Source: an uncultured Gammaproteobacteria bacterium (GTDB lineage Bacteria > Patescibacteriota > Microgenomatia > Curtissbacterales > GWA2-41-24). From it: a stretch of 64,000 nt of DNA. Where the stretch lies: positions 12,468-76,467 of the forward strand of contig CAZBKB010000005.1 in assembly GCA_964492425.1 (NCBI GenBank), in the 5' to 3' direction. Positions 22,141-29,472 of the stretch are shown piece by piece; the stretch's first letter is position 1, and each line of letters opens with the position of its first letter. The notes under the pieces are model-generated. The model did not search any database. It was not told where the DNA came from and saw only the letters and a list, made by a program, of their open reading frames with translations. The position numbers were made by a program, and so were the translations under genes.

Positions 22141-23237
22141 AGATTGGAATAGATGCAAGATTTGTGGGGCCCCAAGGAACAGGGCTAGGTAAATACACCG
22201 AAAAGCTAATCGAAAATCTTGAAAAAATCGATACAAGAAATCAATTTTATATCTTCCTGCGCCAAAGCAACTGGTCATTTCTAAAGTTGACAGGGGGAAA
22301 CTTTACAAAAGTTTTAGCAGACGTCCCCTGGTACTCCCTGGAAGAACAGATAAAAATGGCAGGGATTTATAAATCAAAACATTTAGATCTTCTGCATGTC
22401 CCCCACTTCAATGTTCCTATCCTTTACAACCTGGTGTTTATAGTTACAATACATGATTTAATACATCATAAATTTTCGCAGGAATCAACAACAACCAAAA
22501 ATCCGTTTATTTTCAAAATAAAAAGGTTTGCCTACAAAAGGATAATCACCCATGCTGTGACAAAATCCAAAAAAATATTTGTTCCTTCAAATTATGTTAA
22601 AGAAGAAATCATCAATAACTTTAACCTCGACGCTAAAAAAATTGTTGTAACTTATGAAGCTGCAGAAGAAGAATACTCACAAGGAACAAAATCAAAAGCT
22701 TCAAAATCAAACCAGATAATTTATGTAGGCAATACCTATCCTCATAAAAACATAGCGAAACTTCTGGAAGCTCTAAACATTTTAAAATCAGAAATTAAAA
22801 ATTTAAAATTGATCATCGTCTGTCCCCGGGATGTCTTTACAAATAGGCTGGCAAAAGAAATTACAGATAAGGGTTTAACCCAAGAAGTTGAAATTCTTCC
22901 TTATCAAAATGTAGATCAGCTAGTTAGAATTTTTGCAAAATCCAAGGCTTATATTTTTCCATCTCTGGAAGAAGGTTTCGGTATACCAGGTCTAAACGCT
23001 ATGGCCGCAGGCCTGCCAGTTATTGCATCAAATATTCCAACCTTAAAAGAAATCTACGAAAATGCGGCTATGTACTTTAATCCAAACGACCCAAAAGACA
23101 TTGCCGAAAAAATAAACCAGGTCATCGGCAGTTCAGATATCAGAAAAAGTTTGATCTTTGAAGGTGGGAAACAGGTAAAAAAATATTCATGGCTAAAAAT
23201 GACCAAAGAAACCCTTGCGGTTTACCGCTCAGTCTAA
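22137..23237 (+). CDS. GT4 glycosyltransferase
   Basis: KIGIDAR, TIHDL, PHKN, EGFGIPGLNAMA. Confidence 0.9.
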   Translation: MKIGIDARFVGPQGTGLGKYTEKLIENLEKIDTRNQFYIFLRQSNWSFLKLTGGNFTKVLADVPWYSLEEQIKMAGIYKSKHLDLLHVPHFNVPILYNLVFIVTIHDLIHHKFSQESTTTKNPFIFKIKRFAYKRIITHAVTKSKKIFVPSNYVKEEIINNFNLDAKKIVVTYEAAEEEYSQGTKSKASKSNQIIYVGNTYPHKNIAKLLEALNILKSEIKNLKLIIVCPRDVFTNRLAKEITDKGLTQEVEILPYQNVDQLVRIFAKSKAYIFPSLEEGFGIPGLNAMAAGLPVIASNIPTLKEIYENAAMYFNPNDPKDIAEKINQVIGSSDIRKSLIFEGGKQVKKYSWLKMTKETLAVYRSV

Positions 23238-23277
23238 TTTAACAAACACAGCTTTTCAATAGAAGAATGTTAGGACG

Positions 23278-23421
23278 TATAATCCCAACCTCAAGAAGAC
23301 AGCCCTCACATATGATCCTTCGACTTCGTTCAGAGCGACTGATTTCAATCTATTAGGTTTTTACTTTAGGCTGTGGAGATAGGATAATCAACATACTACT
23401 CCGACCAAATTTTAATGTCAA
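23278..23421 (+). repeat. Cassette junction 0 (most degenerate): TATAAT, decayed GT 5' stub (KKTALTYD), CCTTCGAC..TCAG insert, TTCAATCT core, GGAGATAGG, leftward promoter
   Basis: Same element order as junctions at 24434, 25512 and 27478 but more diverged. Confidence 0.65.
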
Positions 23422-23477
23422 TAATCAAAAAGTTGCAGACTAATCTATAACTTGTATAATCTTTCATTAGCCCCGAT

Positions 23478-23639
23478 ATGACAGAGAGACAACAGCAACT
23501 AGCACGAATTTCTGAAACAAGAACACTATCAACTACAGATAGATTATCGCTCGCCTATTTAGCAAGACAAAATTTTGAGGAGGCAATTGAGATTGCAGCT
23601 CAAACCAAGGGAGGACATTCAAACAATTCTTGCAAGTGA
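23478..23639 (+). pseudogene. 53-aa ORF (MTERQQ...), probably frameshifted cargo of cassette 0
   Basis: Follows TTGCAG-16-TATAAT (23433-23460); another frame continues as EDIQTILASDDEIAKQAVAYFGRV. Confidence 0.4.
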
Positions 23640-23709
23640 CGACGAAATTGCAAAGCAAGCAGTGGCATATTTTGGCCGAGTGTGAAAACAAAACTATCGG
23701 TGTGCCTTT

Positions 23710-24132
23710 TTAATTTGTATCGAGTGGGTATTGGCTTAAGTGCTTAACAAAGGGAAGATTTACAGCCTTAACAAATTTAGAGTCTGCAGTAAAAAGATCA
23801 CAATTATTTTCTTGAGCTAAGATTGCATATGAAGCATCGTAAACTGTAACCTTATGCTCTTTGGCAAATTTTAAACATTTGGGGAAAAAATCTGGAGTGG
23901 GATTAAATATCTCTATCTTGAAATTCACGAAAAGATTCCAAGCTGCACTTATATCTTTGAGCGTTAATTCAGCTTTAGAAGAAAGAACATTTGCAAGTTC
24001 ATACAAAAGGATGTCGGGAGCGATAACTTTTTGTTCACCTGCTAAAAACTTGTCCAGTAGTATCAAAGATACATGTCTTGTATCTTCTTCCCTTAGCCAT
24101 TTATAAATAATTGAAGTATCGGCTACTACCAT
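23710..24132 (-). CDS. vapC: PIN-domain (VapC-like) toxin
   Basis: VADTS, E..N, YDASY..LA, TAD acidic PIN motifs. Confidence 0.88.
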   Translation of the reverse strand: MVVADTSIIYKWLREEDTRHVSLILLDKFLAGEQKVIAPDILLYELANVLSSKAELTLKDISAAWNLFVNFKIEIFNPTPDFFPKCLKFAKEHKVTVYDASYAILAQENNCDLFTADSKFVKAVNLPFVKHLSQYPLDTN

Positions 24133-24383
24133 TTTCCTTCATATCTCATCTCTCTTAATGATTGAACTATGTCAAAATCTTTTAGCTTTCTTTTCAATAC
24201 TCTTGCGACCTTACGACGATTTGCATGAATTTGATTAACTTGGGTTTGAGAGCGAGTTTTATCTTCGGTGCGTATTTTTTCCCTAACTACTGCAGATAAG
24301 CTTTGACGTTTTTTGGCAGCTTCAGCTTTCAGTCTCAAGTAATCCTCCTCAGAAATTCTTATATTAGTAGTAACATAATTCAT
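24126..24383 (-). CDS. Ribbon-helix-helix antitoxin (VapB-like)
   Basis: TTNIRISEEDY..LK..A......S..VRE pattern; overlaps PIN gene start. Confidence 0.8.
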   Translation of the reverse strand: MNYVTTNIRISEEDYLRLKAEAAKKRQSLSAVVREKIRTEDKTRSQTQVNQIHANRRKVARVLKRKLKDFDIVQSLREMRYEGKW

Positions 24384-24384
24384 A

Positions 24385-24417
24385 ATACAATTGTATCATT
24401 GTATTGATATTTGTCAA
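24385..24417 (-). promoter_or_regulatory. Promoter and operator of the TA operon, probably leaderless
   Basis: TTGACA-16-TACAAT on minus strand; perfect palindrome ATACAATTGTAT at 24385-24396; ATG about 7 nt from the -10 box. Confidence 0.65.
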
Positions 24418-24433
24418 TTCTTCAACTAACACA

Positions 24434-24619
24434 TATAATCTCAGTAATCAATAATGAAGACTACCCTAGTGCATGATGACCCTTCGATAGACTCAGGGCA
24501 GTTGCTCAATCTCGAAGGTCTTTTTATTCTGAGCGAAGCAAAAATCAGAGACGAAGTTCTCTATTTGGGCTATGGAGATAAGGTGTTTCCACTATAGCAC
24601 TTGCAACTTTTCTGTCAAT
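24434..24619 (+). repeat. Cassette junction 1: TATAAT, stub MKTTLVHDD (24454-24480), insert, 114-bp block (24506-24619)
   Basis: 24506-24619 is identical by eye to 27547-27660. Confidence 0.9.
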
Positions 24620-24627
24620 GCTACAAA

Positions 24628-24656
24628 TTGACATCAAACCTGATGATATGTAATAT
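24628..24656 (+). promoter_or_regulatory. Sigma70 promoter of cargo 1
   Basis: TTGACA-17-TAATAT, 8 nt before ATG 24665. Confidence 0.7.
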
Positions 24657-24664
24657 GTGAAACG

Positions 24665-25507
24665 ATGGTTAGAGAAAGAGACTACAAGCCAATAGAAATT
24701 CCGCAAACTGAGCCTCTTGTTATTCTCAGAAACCAGAAATTTTTCCCATTTTCAAATCTTGAATTACCTGAGGAAACAATAGGACATTTTGATTTTGCAA
24801 GCCAGGAGTTTCAGCTTCAAGAAGAAGATGGCATCACTACGGGTAGATTTCTGTATCAAGATGTGATGAGCAATGGTAACACGGCAATGTGGAACTTCCC
24901 TTTTCTTGCCGAAAAGTATTACACCTTAGGCTCTACAGAAGACGATCTAAAGCAATATACTGAGACATATCCTGACTCACCGCATAGGAGAATAATGTTT
25001 AAAGTTGCATTTGACCTTCCGAGGCCTATGGATCCAGAAAGTGAGTTCCGTAAGACGACTAGAATCAGAGTTGAAAATGGACAAACTGGAAATGTGTTTT
25101 ACGCAGTAGAGGCAAGGGCACAAGGTGGATATGACCGAACAAGATCCCCAAAAGATGGGCACTACGCCATACTTTACGATAGCTTCTACTACAAAGGAGA
25201 ACAGTGGGATGATCGTTTGAATAAACATGCTCACTTAGATATTCCAGAAGAAAGATGGCCTGAGATACATCAGCAGGTAGCAGATTATGAAGAAGATAAC
25301 TCCAAGCCTTACCCACAAGAGCTTGCAGACGCACATCGAAGAGTAAGAGAAGAGGATGATAGACGCTCTTATTTAATGCCATTTCGCTTGTCTATCATCA
25401 CGAAACCAGAAGTGGCAAGAGGTATTGCACTAACCATTGAGCAGGTTCCTATGGGTTCTGTAGATCTAAGTGTCAACACACCAGACCAAGTGTTGCACGG
25501 GCACTAA
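24665..25507 (+). CDS. Hypothetical soluble acidic protein (cargo 1)
   Basis: 280-aa ORF with its own promoter; no family recognised. Confidence 0.75.
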   Translation: MVRERDYKPIEIPQTEPLVILRNQKFFPFSNLELPEETIGHFDFASQEFQLQEEDGITTGRFLYQDVMSNGNTAMWNFPFLAEKYYTLGSTEDDLKQYTETYPDSPHRRIMFKVAFDLPRPMDPESEFRKTTRIRVENGQTGNVFYAVEARAQGGYDRTRSPKDGHYAILYDSFYYKGEQWDDRLNKHAHLDIPEERWPEIHQQVADYEEDNSKPYPQELADAHRRVREEDDRRSYLMPFRLSIITKPEVARGIALTIEQVPMGSVDLSVNTPDQVLHGH

Positions 25508-25511
25508 TCAA

Positions 25512-25660
25512 TTAACCTTAAAATCATCCTCAGCTAAAAAATTGTTAAAATCAGATAGTGAAAATTGCACTAGTACACGATGACTTCAATCTCGAAGGTT
25601 TTTTGTTTGGGGCGTGTTGATAAGACAATTCCATAGTACCACTTGCAAGTTTTAAGTCAA
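25512..25660 (+). repeat. Cassette junction 2: 77-bp copy of the GT promoter and first 10 codons (25512-25588), core, leftward promoter
   Basis: 75/77 identical to 28302-28378; diverges right after GACTTCA. Confidence 0.92.
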
Positions 25661-25694
25661 GAAATCAAAATGATGCAAGTTAAAATAGAAGTCT

Positions 25695-26873
25695 ATGCCA
25701 GAAAGATTTGAAAGACGAGTCACAAGACCAGTTCAAGTAGGAGAGATAACTATTGGTGGGGATAACCCCATTGCTGTGCAATCAATGGTAACTAGGGAAA
25801 CTCAGGATATTCAAGGAGTAACGGAACAAATCAAACAACTCAACCTCGCAGGTGCTGAAATTGTTAGAGTAACGACACCTACAATTCAAGACGCAGAGTC
25901 GCTTGCTGAAATAAAAGTTGAACTTAAAAGACGATATAAAGATGTACCACTTGTTGCAGATGTTCATCATCAAGGCACAAACATTGCAGTAGAGGCTTCA
26001 AAACATGTTGAGAAAGTTCGCATAAACCCTGGGCTTTTTGTTTACCATAAGAGAACATCCCAGGAAGAATATACACACAATGAGATTGATGAACAAAGGA
26101 ATGAAATTGACTCTGCCTTATCTCCACTTATAAGTGCATGTAGAGAAAGAGGTGTTGCCCTGAGGGTTGGAGTAAATCATGGCAGCCTTGCAGAAAGACT
26201 TACTGTCATGTATGGCGACACACCAGAAGGAATGGTTCAGTCCGCAATGGAATATCTAAAAATATGCGAGGGCTATGGCTTCAAAGATGTAGTGGTTTCG
26301 TTAAAAGCTAGTAGAGCTCCCACCATGATTGCAGCCAATAGGCTAATGGTTGAGCGAATGGATGAGGAGAATATGAACTACCCCATCCATTTAGGTGTTA
26401 CAGAAGCTGGCAAAGACCAATACGCAAGGATTAAAAGCACTTACGGAATTGCAACTCTACTCTCAGAAGGTGTTGGGGATACTATTCGGGTTTCCTTAGC
26501 AGAAGACCCAGTTAAAGAGTTATCCGTTTGTTATGACATCCTTCAAGCAGGAGGCCTTAGGCGTACCAAATCTGAACCAATAGCTTGTCCAGGTTGTGGA
26601 AGAACTAAGTTTGACCTTGATACCGTCACTGATGACATATTTGGTGCAACTGAGCATTTAAAAGGTTTAAGTATTGCTGTGATGGGGTGCATTGTAAACG
26701 GGCCTGGGGAAATGGCAGATGCTGATTATGGCTATGTTGGTCTGGGTGGTGGCAAAATAGCTCTATACAGAGGAAAAGAAGTAATCAGGACTGTCCAGCA
26801 AGAAGAAGCAAGAGATTCTTTAATTGCACTTATAAAAGAAGATGGAAAATGGATAAACCCACCTTCTAATTAA
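25695..26873 (+). CDS. ispG: HMBPP synthase IspG/GcpE (cargo 2)
   Basis: IAVQSM, PLVADVH, RINPG, GVNHGSL, HLGVTEAG, GDTIRVSL, CPGCGR, AVMGCIVNGPGE. Confidence 0.96.
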   Translation: MPERFERRVTRPVQVGEITIGGDNPIAVQSMVTRETQDIQGVTEQIKQLNLAGAEIVRVTTPTIQDAESLAEIKVELKRRYKDVPLVADVHHQGTNIAVEASKHVEKVRINPGLFVYHKRTSQEEYTHNEIDEQRNEIDSALSPLISACRERGVALRVGVNHGSLAERLTVMYGDTPEGMVQSAMEYLKICEGYGFKDVVVSLKASRAPTMIAANRLMVERMDEENMNYPIHLGVTEAGKDQYARIKSTYGIATLLSEGVGDTIRVSLAEDPVKELSVCYDILQAGGLRRTKSEPIACPGCGRTKFDLDTVTDDIFGATEHLKGLSIAVMGCIVNGPGEMADADYGYVGLGGGKIALYRGKEVIRTVQQEEARDSLIALIKEDGKWINPPSN

Positions 26874-26901
26874 CCCTAAAATCTTCCTCAGCTAAAAATT
26901 G
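26870..26901 (+). repeat. Partial copy of the cassette right-end motif TTAACCCTAAAATC.TCCTCAGCTAAAAA
   Basis: Matches 25512 and 28302; contains the ispG stop codon. Confidence 0.85.
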
Positions 26902-26918
26902 CGTGCTAAAATGCCTGA

Positions 26919-27239
26919 GTGGACACATCGTTTGTCAGAAGAAAAGTTGAAAGCGGAGAATATGACCTTTCAAGCCATGCTCACCGAGAAAGACAAGAAG
27001 AACAAATTACAGTAGCAGAAATAGAGCAGGCTCTCCTTACAGGTGATATAATTGAAAAGTATCCAAAAGACGAGAGAGGCGAAAGCTGTTTAGTTGCAGC
27101 AAAAACAGAAAATAAACCAATGCATATAGTGTGTGGAAAACGAGACAGCAGGTTATTAATAGTTACAGTCTACAGACCAAAACTGCCTACTTGGGAAAAT
27201 TATAAACAAAGAACAAAGGAGTTGAAAAGCCGTGTCTAA
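26919..27239 (+). CDS. DUF4258-family putative toxin
   Basis: S.HA..R....I...EI..AL..G.IIE.YP.D.RG.SCL, HIVC, IVTVY.P. Confidence 0.8.
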   Translation: MDTSFVRRKVESGEYDLSSHAHRERQEEQITVAEIEQALLTGDIIEKYPKDERGESCLVAAKTENKPMHIVCGKRDSRLLIVTVYRPKLPTWENYKQRTKELKSRV

Positions 27240-27471
27240 TTGTTACTTTTGCAAAGGAAAAACCGAAATTAGAAATGTGAACGTGGACTTCAGATGGAAG
27301 GATAAGCTTTTCGTCTTTAAAAGTGTTCCCGTAGAGGTTTGTATCCAATGCGGAGAAAAGTACTACAGTGCAGAAATTTCCAAAAAACTAGATGATTTTG
27401 TCAAAAAACAATCAGAAGCAAAGATCAGTCCACAAAATACCATCCAAGTCCCCGTTTTCAATTGGCAATAA
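27232..27471 (+). CDS. YgiT/MqsA-type zinc-finger putative antitoxin
   Basis: CYFCKG...VPVEVCIQCGE; overlaps the DUF4258 gene. Confidence 0.82.
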   Translation: MSNCYFCKGKTEIRNVNVDFRWKDKLFVFKSVPVEVCIQCGEKYYSAEISKKLDDFVKKQSEAKISPQNTIQVPVFNWQ

Positions 27472-27477
27472 ATCTGT

Positions 27478-27660
27478 TGCTATAATCTTCTCATGCGGAT
27501 TGCGTTAGTACACGATGACCCTTCAATTTCATTCAGGGTTATAAATTCAATCTCGAAGGTCTTTTTATTCTGAGCGAAGCAAAAATCAGAGACGAAGTTC
27601 TCTATTTGGGCTATGGAGATAAGGTGTTTCCACTATAGCACTTGCAACTTTTCTGTCAAT
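27478..27660 (+). repeat. Cassette junction 3: TGcTATAAT, stub MRIALVHDD (27493-27519), insert, 114-bp block (27547-27660)
   Basis: 114-bp block identical to junction 1. Confidence 0.9.
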
Positions 27661-27711
27661 AATCTAAAAGTTGACACGTAACTAATCCCAGGTATAGAAT
27701 CAGCCTGTTTT

Positions 27712-28305
27712 ATGACAGTAGAGCAACAGCACGAAATTAGAGGCTGGTTGGATGTTATTGCATCTATTCGACAAAAGAGAGCAGAGGCATCACGAGCTGC
27801 TTATTCCTTAAAAGATGTTAGCAGAAAAGATTACGATGGTTTAGATGTGGAGCGATTTGGAGATATTACCACAGGTTTATCAATGGTACTAAAACCAGAG
27901 GAAATAGATGAAGCCCCTCTTGAAATACAAATGGTCCTGAACGATTTAGGTTTAACCTCCGAAGACCAAATTCAAGCCCAGCTAATATTGAAACAATCAG
28001 ACGGCTCACGTGGTTATGATTTTGTACTTAAGCCTACTGAATTAGTAGGAGGGAGAATGGGAATACTTTTAGACAGCAATGGCAGTCACGCAGTTTTAGG
28101 TGGTCCAAGATCAAGGAGCTTTGATGGCATACATCAAACTGTTGAAACATATGAAGGTAAATCAGCAGAAATCTACGAGAACTATAGATTTGGTATGGGA
28201 GATGCTCAAAATCCAAACTTAGTTGAAATTCTATATTCGTGTGTTAAATGGTTCGCAACCTTAGCAGAAAATAGACGAAAGACTCCACCAGAACCTATTA
28301 GTTAA
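27712..28305 (+). CDS. Hypothetical protein (cargo 3)
   Basis: 197-aa ORF after TTGACA-18-TAGAAT; stop codon lies inside the right-end repeat. Confidence 0.72.
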   Translation: MTVEQQHEIRGWLDVIASIRQKRAEASRAAYSLKDVSRKDYDGLDVERFGDITTGLSMVLKPEEIDEAPLEIQMVLNDLGLTSEDQIQAQLILKQSDGSRGYDFVLKPTELVGGRMGILLDSNGSHAVLGGPRSRSFDGIHQTVETYEGKSAEIYENYRFGMGDAQNPNLVEILYSCVKWFATLAENRRKTPPEPIS

Positions 28306-28378
28306 CCCTAAAATCATCCTCAGCTAAAAAATTGTTAAAATCAGATAGTGAAAATTGCACTAGTACATGATGACTTCA
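28302..28378 (+). repeat. Right-end repeat fused to the intact GT4 gene
   Basis: 77-bp near-identical to 25512-25588. Confidence 0.9.
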
Positions 28379-29472
28379 CTCAGGCTGGCGGGGCAGAAAG
28401 TCTGTTTGCCACAATTGCTGCCCTTTATCCGAATGCGCCGATTTACACTTCCCTAGTCAATTGGCGCAAACTGCCCGCATCAATCGATAGAAACAGGATC
28501 CGACCCTCATTTATGCAAAAAATCCCATTTGCCGCAAGCTTTTTTAAACTCCTTTTGCCGCTTTACCCGCTAGCCTTTGAAAGTTTCGACTTTGACAACT
28601 ACGACCTTGTCATTTCTTCGACAACTCGTTTTGCCAAATCGATAATCACAAAACCCAAAACTTGTCATATTTCTTATTTAAATAGCACACCTAGATTTTT
28701 GTGGGAAGAGGACAAAAAAAATGTCTATTTGCCAAAAATTTTGCTGTTTCTCTTAAGCCCCTTTTTTCGTTGGTTAAAACGCTGGGACTTATCATCAGCC
28801 CAAAGAGTTGATTATTTTCTTGCCAATTCCCAAAACGTAAGTCAAAAAATCCTCAAAATATACAGACGAAAAAATAAAGTTATTTATCCTTTTGCCGACA
28901 CCACTTTCTTTACTCCCGATAGAATCCATAATTGGAAACTTAAAAGCAAGAATTATTACCTTATTGTTACCAGACTTGTTAAATGGAAAAAAATAGACAT
29001 CGCAATTGAGGCGGTGAATGATATAGGTGCAAATTTAATAATTATCGGTGACGGGCCTGACAAGGGGAGGCTGGAGGGAATAGCGGTCAGGGACCAGCGG
29101 TCAGGAACCAGAGATCAGGTTACTTTTATCGGCAAGATAACACGAGAGGAGCTAAAAAGCTGTTACCAGAACTGCAGGGCGCTTATTGTGACACAAGAAG
29201 AGGATTTTGGTATTGCAACTGTCGAGGCTCAAGCTTGCGGTACTCCGGTTATAGCTTATGGGAAAGGTGGCACAGTCGAGATCATCACAGACAAAAAAAC
29301 GGGTGTATTCTTTAGTTCTCAAACCATGTCTTCGCTAAAAGATGCAATTTCAACGTCTTCTAGGTTAAAATATGATAAGTTAGCTATAAGACACAATGCT
29401 CTTCGTTTCACAAAAACTAACTTTGAAAAAATATTTAAGGAAATCGTAAGACAATATGCCAAATCAGCCTGA
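28348..29472 (+). CDS. GT4 glycosyltransferase (WbaZ-like mannosyltransferase)
   Basis: KIALVHD...GGAE, EDFGIATVEAQACG. Confidence 0.9.
   Translation: MKIALVHDDFTQAGGAESLFATIAALYPNAPIYTSLVNWRKLPASIDRNRIRPSFMQKIPFAASFFKLLLPLYPLAFESFDFDNYDLVISSTTRFAKSIITKPKTCHISYLNSTPRFLWEEDKKNVYLPKILLFLLSPFFRWLKRWDLSSAQRVDYFLANSQNVSQKILKIYRRKNKVIYPFADTTFFTPDRIHNWKLKSKNYYLIVTRLVKWKKIDIAIEAVNDIGANLIIIGDGPDKGRLEGIAVRDQRSGTRDQVTFIGKITREELKSCYQNCRALIVTQEEDFGIATVEAQACGTPVIAYGKGGTVEIITDKKTGVFFSSQTMSSLKDAISTSSRLKYDKLAIRHNALRFTKTNFEKIFKEIVRQYAKSA

Noticed and set aside
23369-27625. DnaA-box-like TTATCAACA/TTATCTCCA in the junctions as a replication origin
   Set aside because: One imperfect copy per junction, no cluster and no dnaA context
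23278-28378. CRISPR array or classical integron/IS explanation for the repeats
   Set aside because: Spacing is 0.8-2 kb with whole genes between repeats; no cas, intI or transposase nearby, and I saw no attC-type ends or terminal inverted repeats
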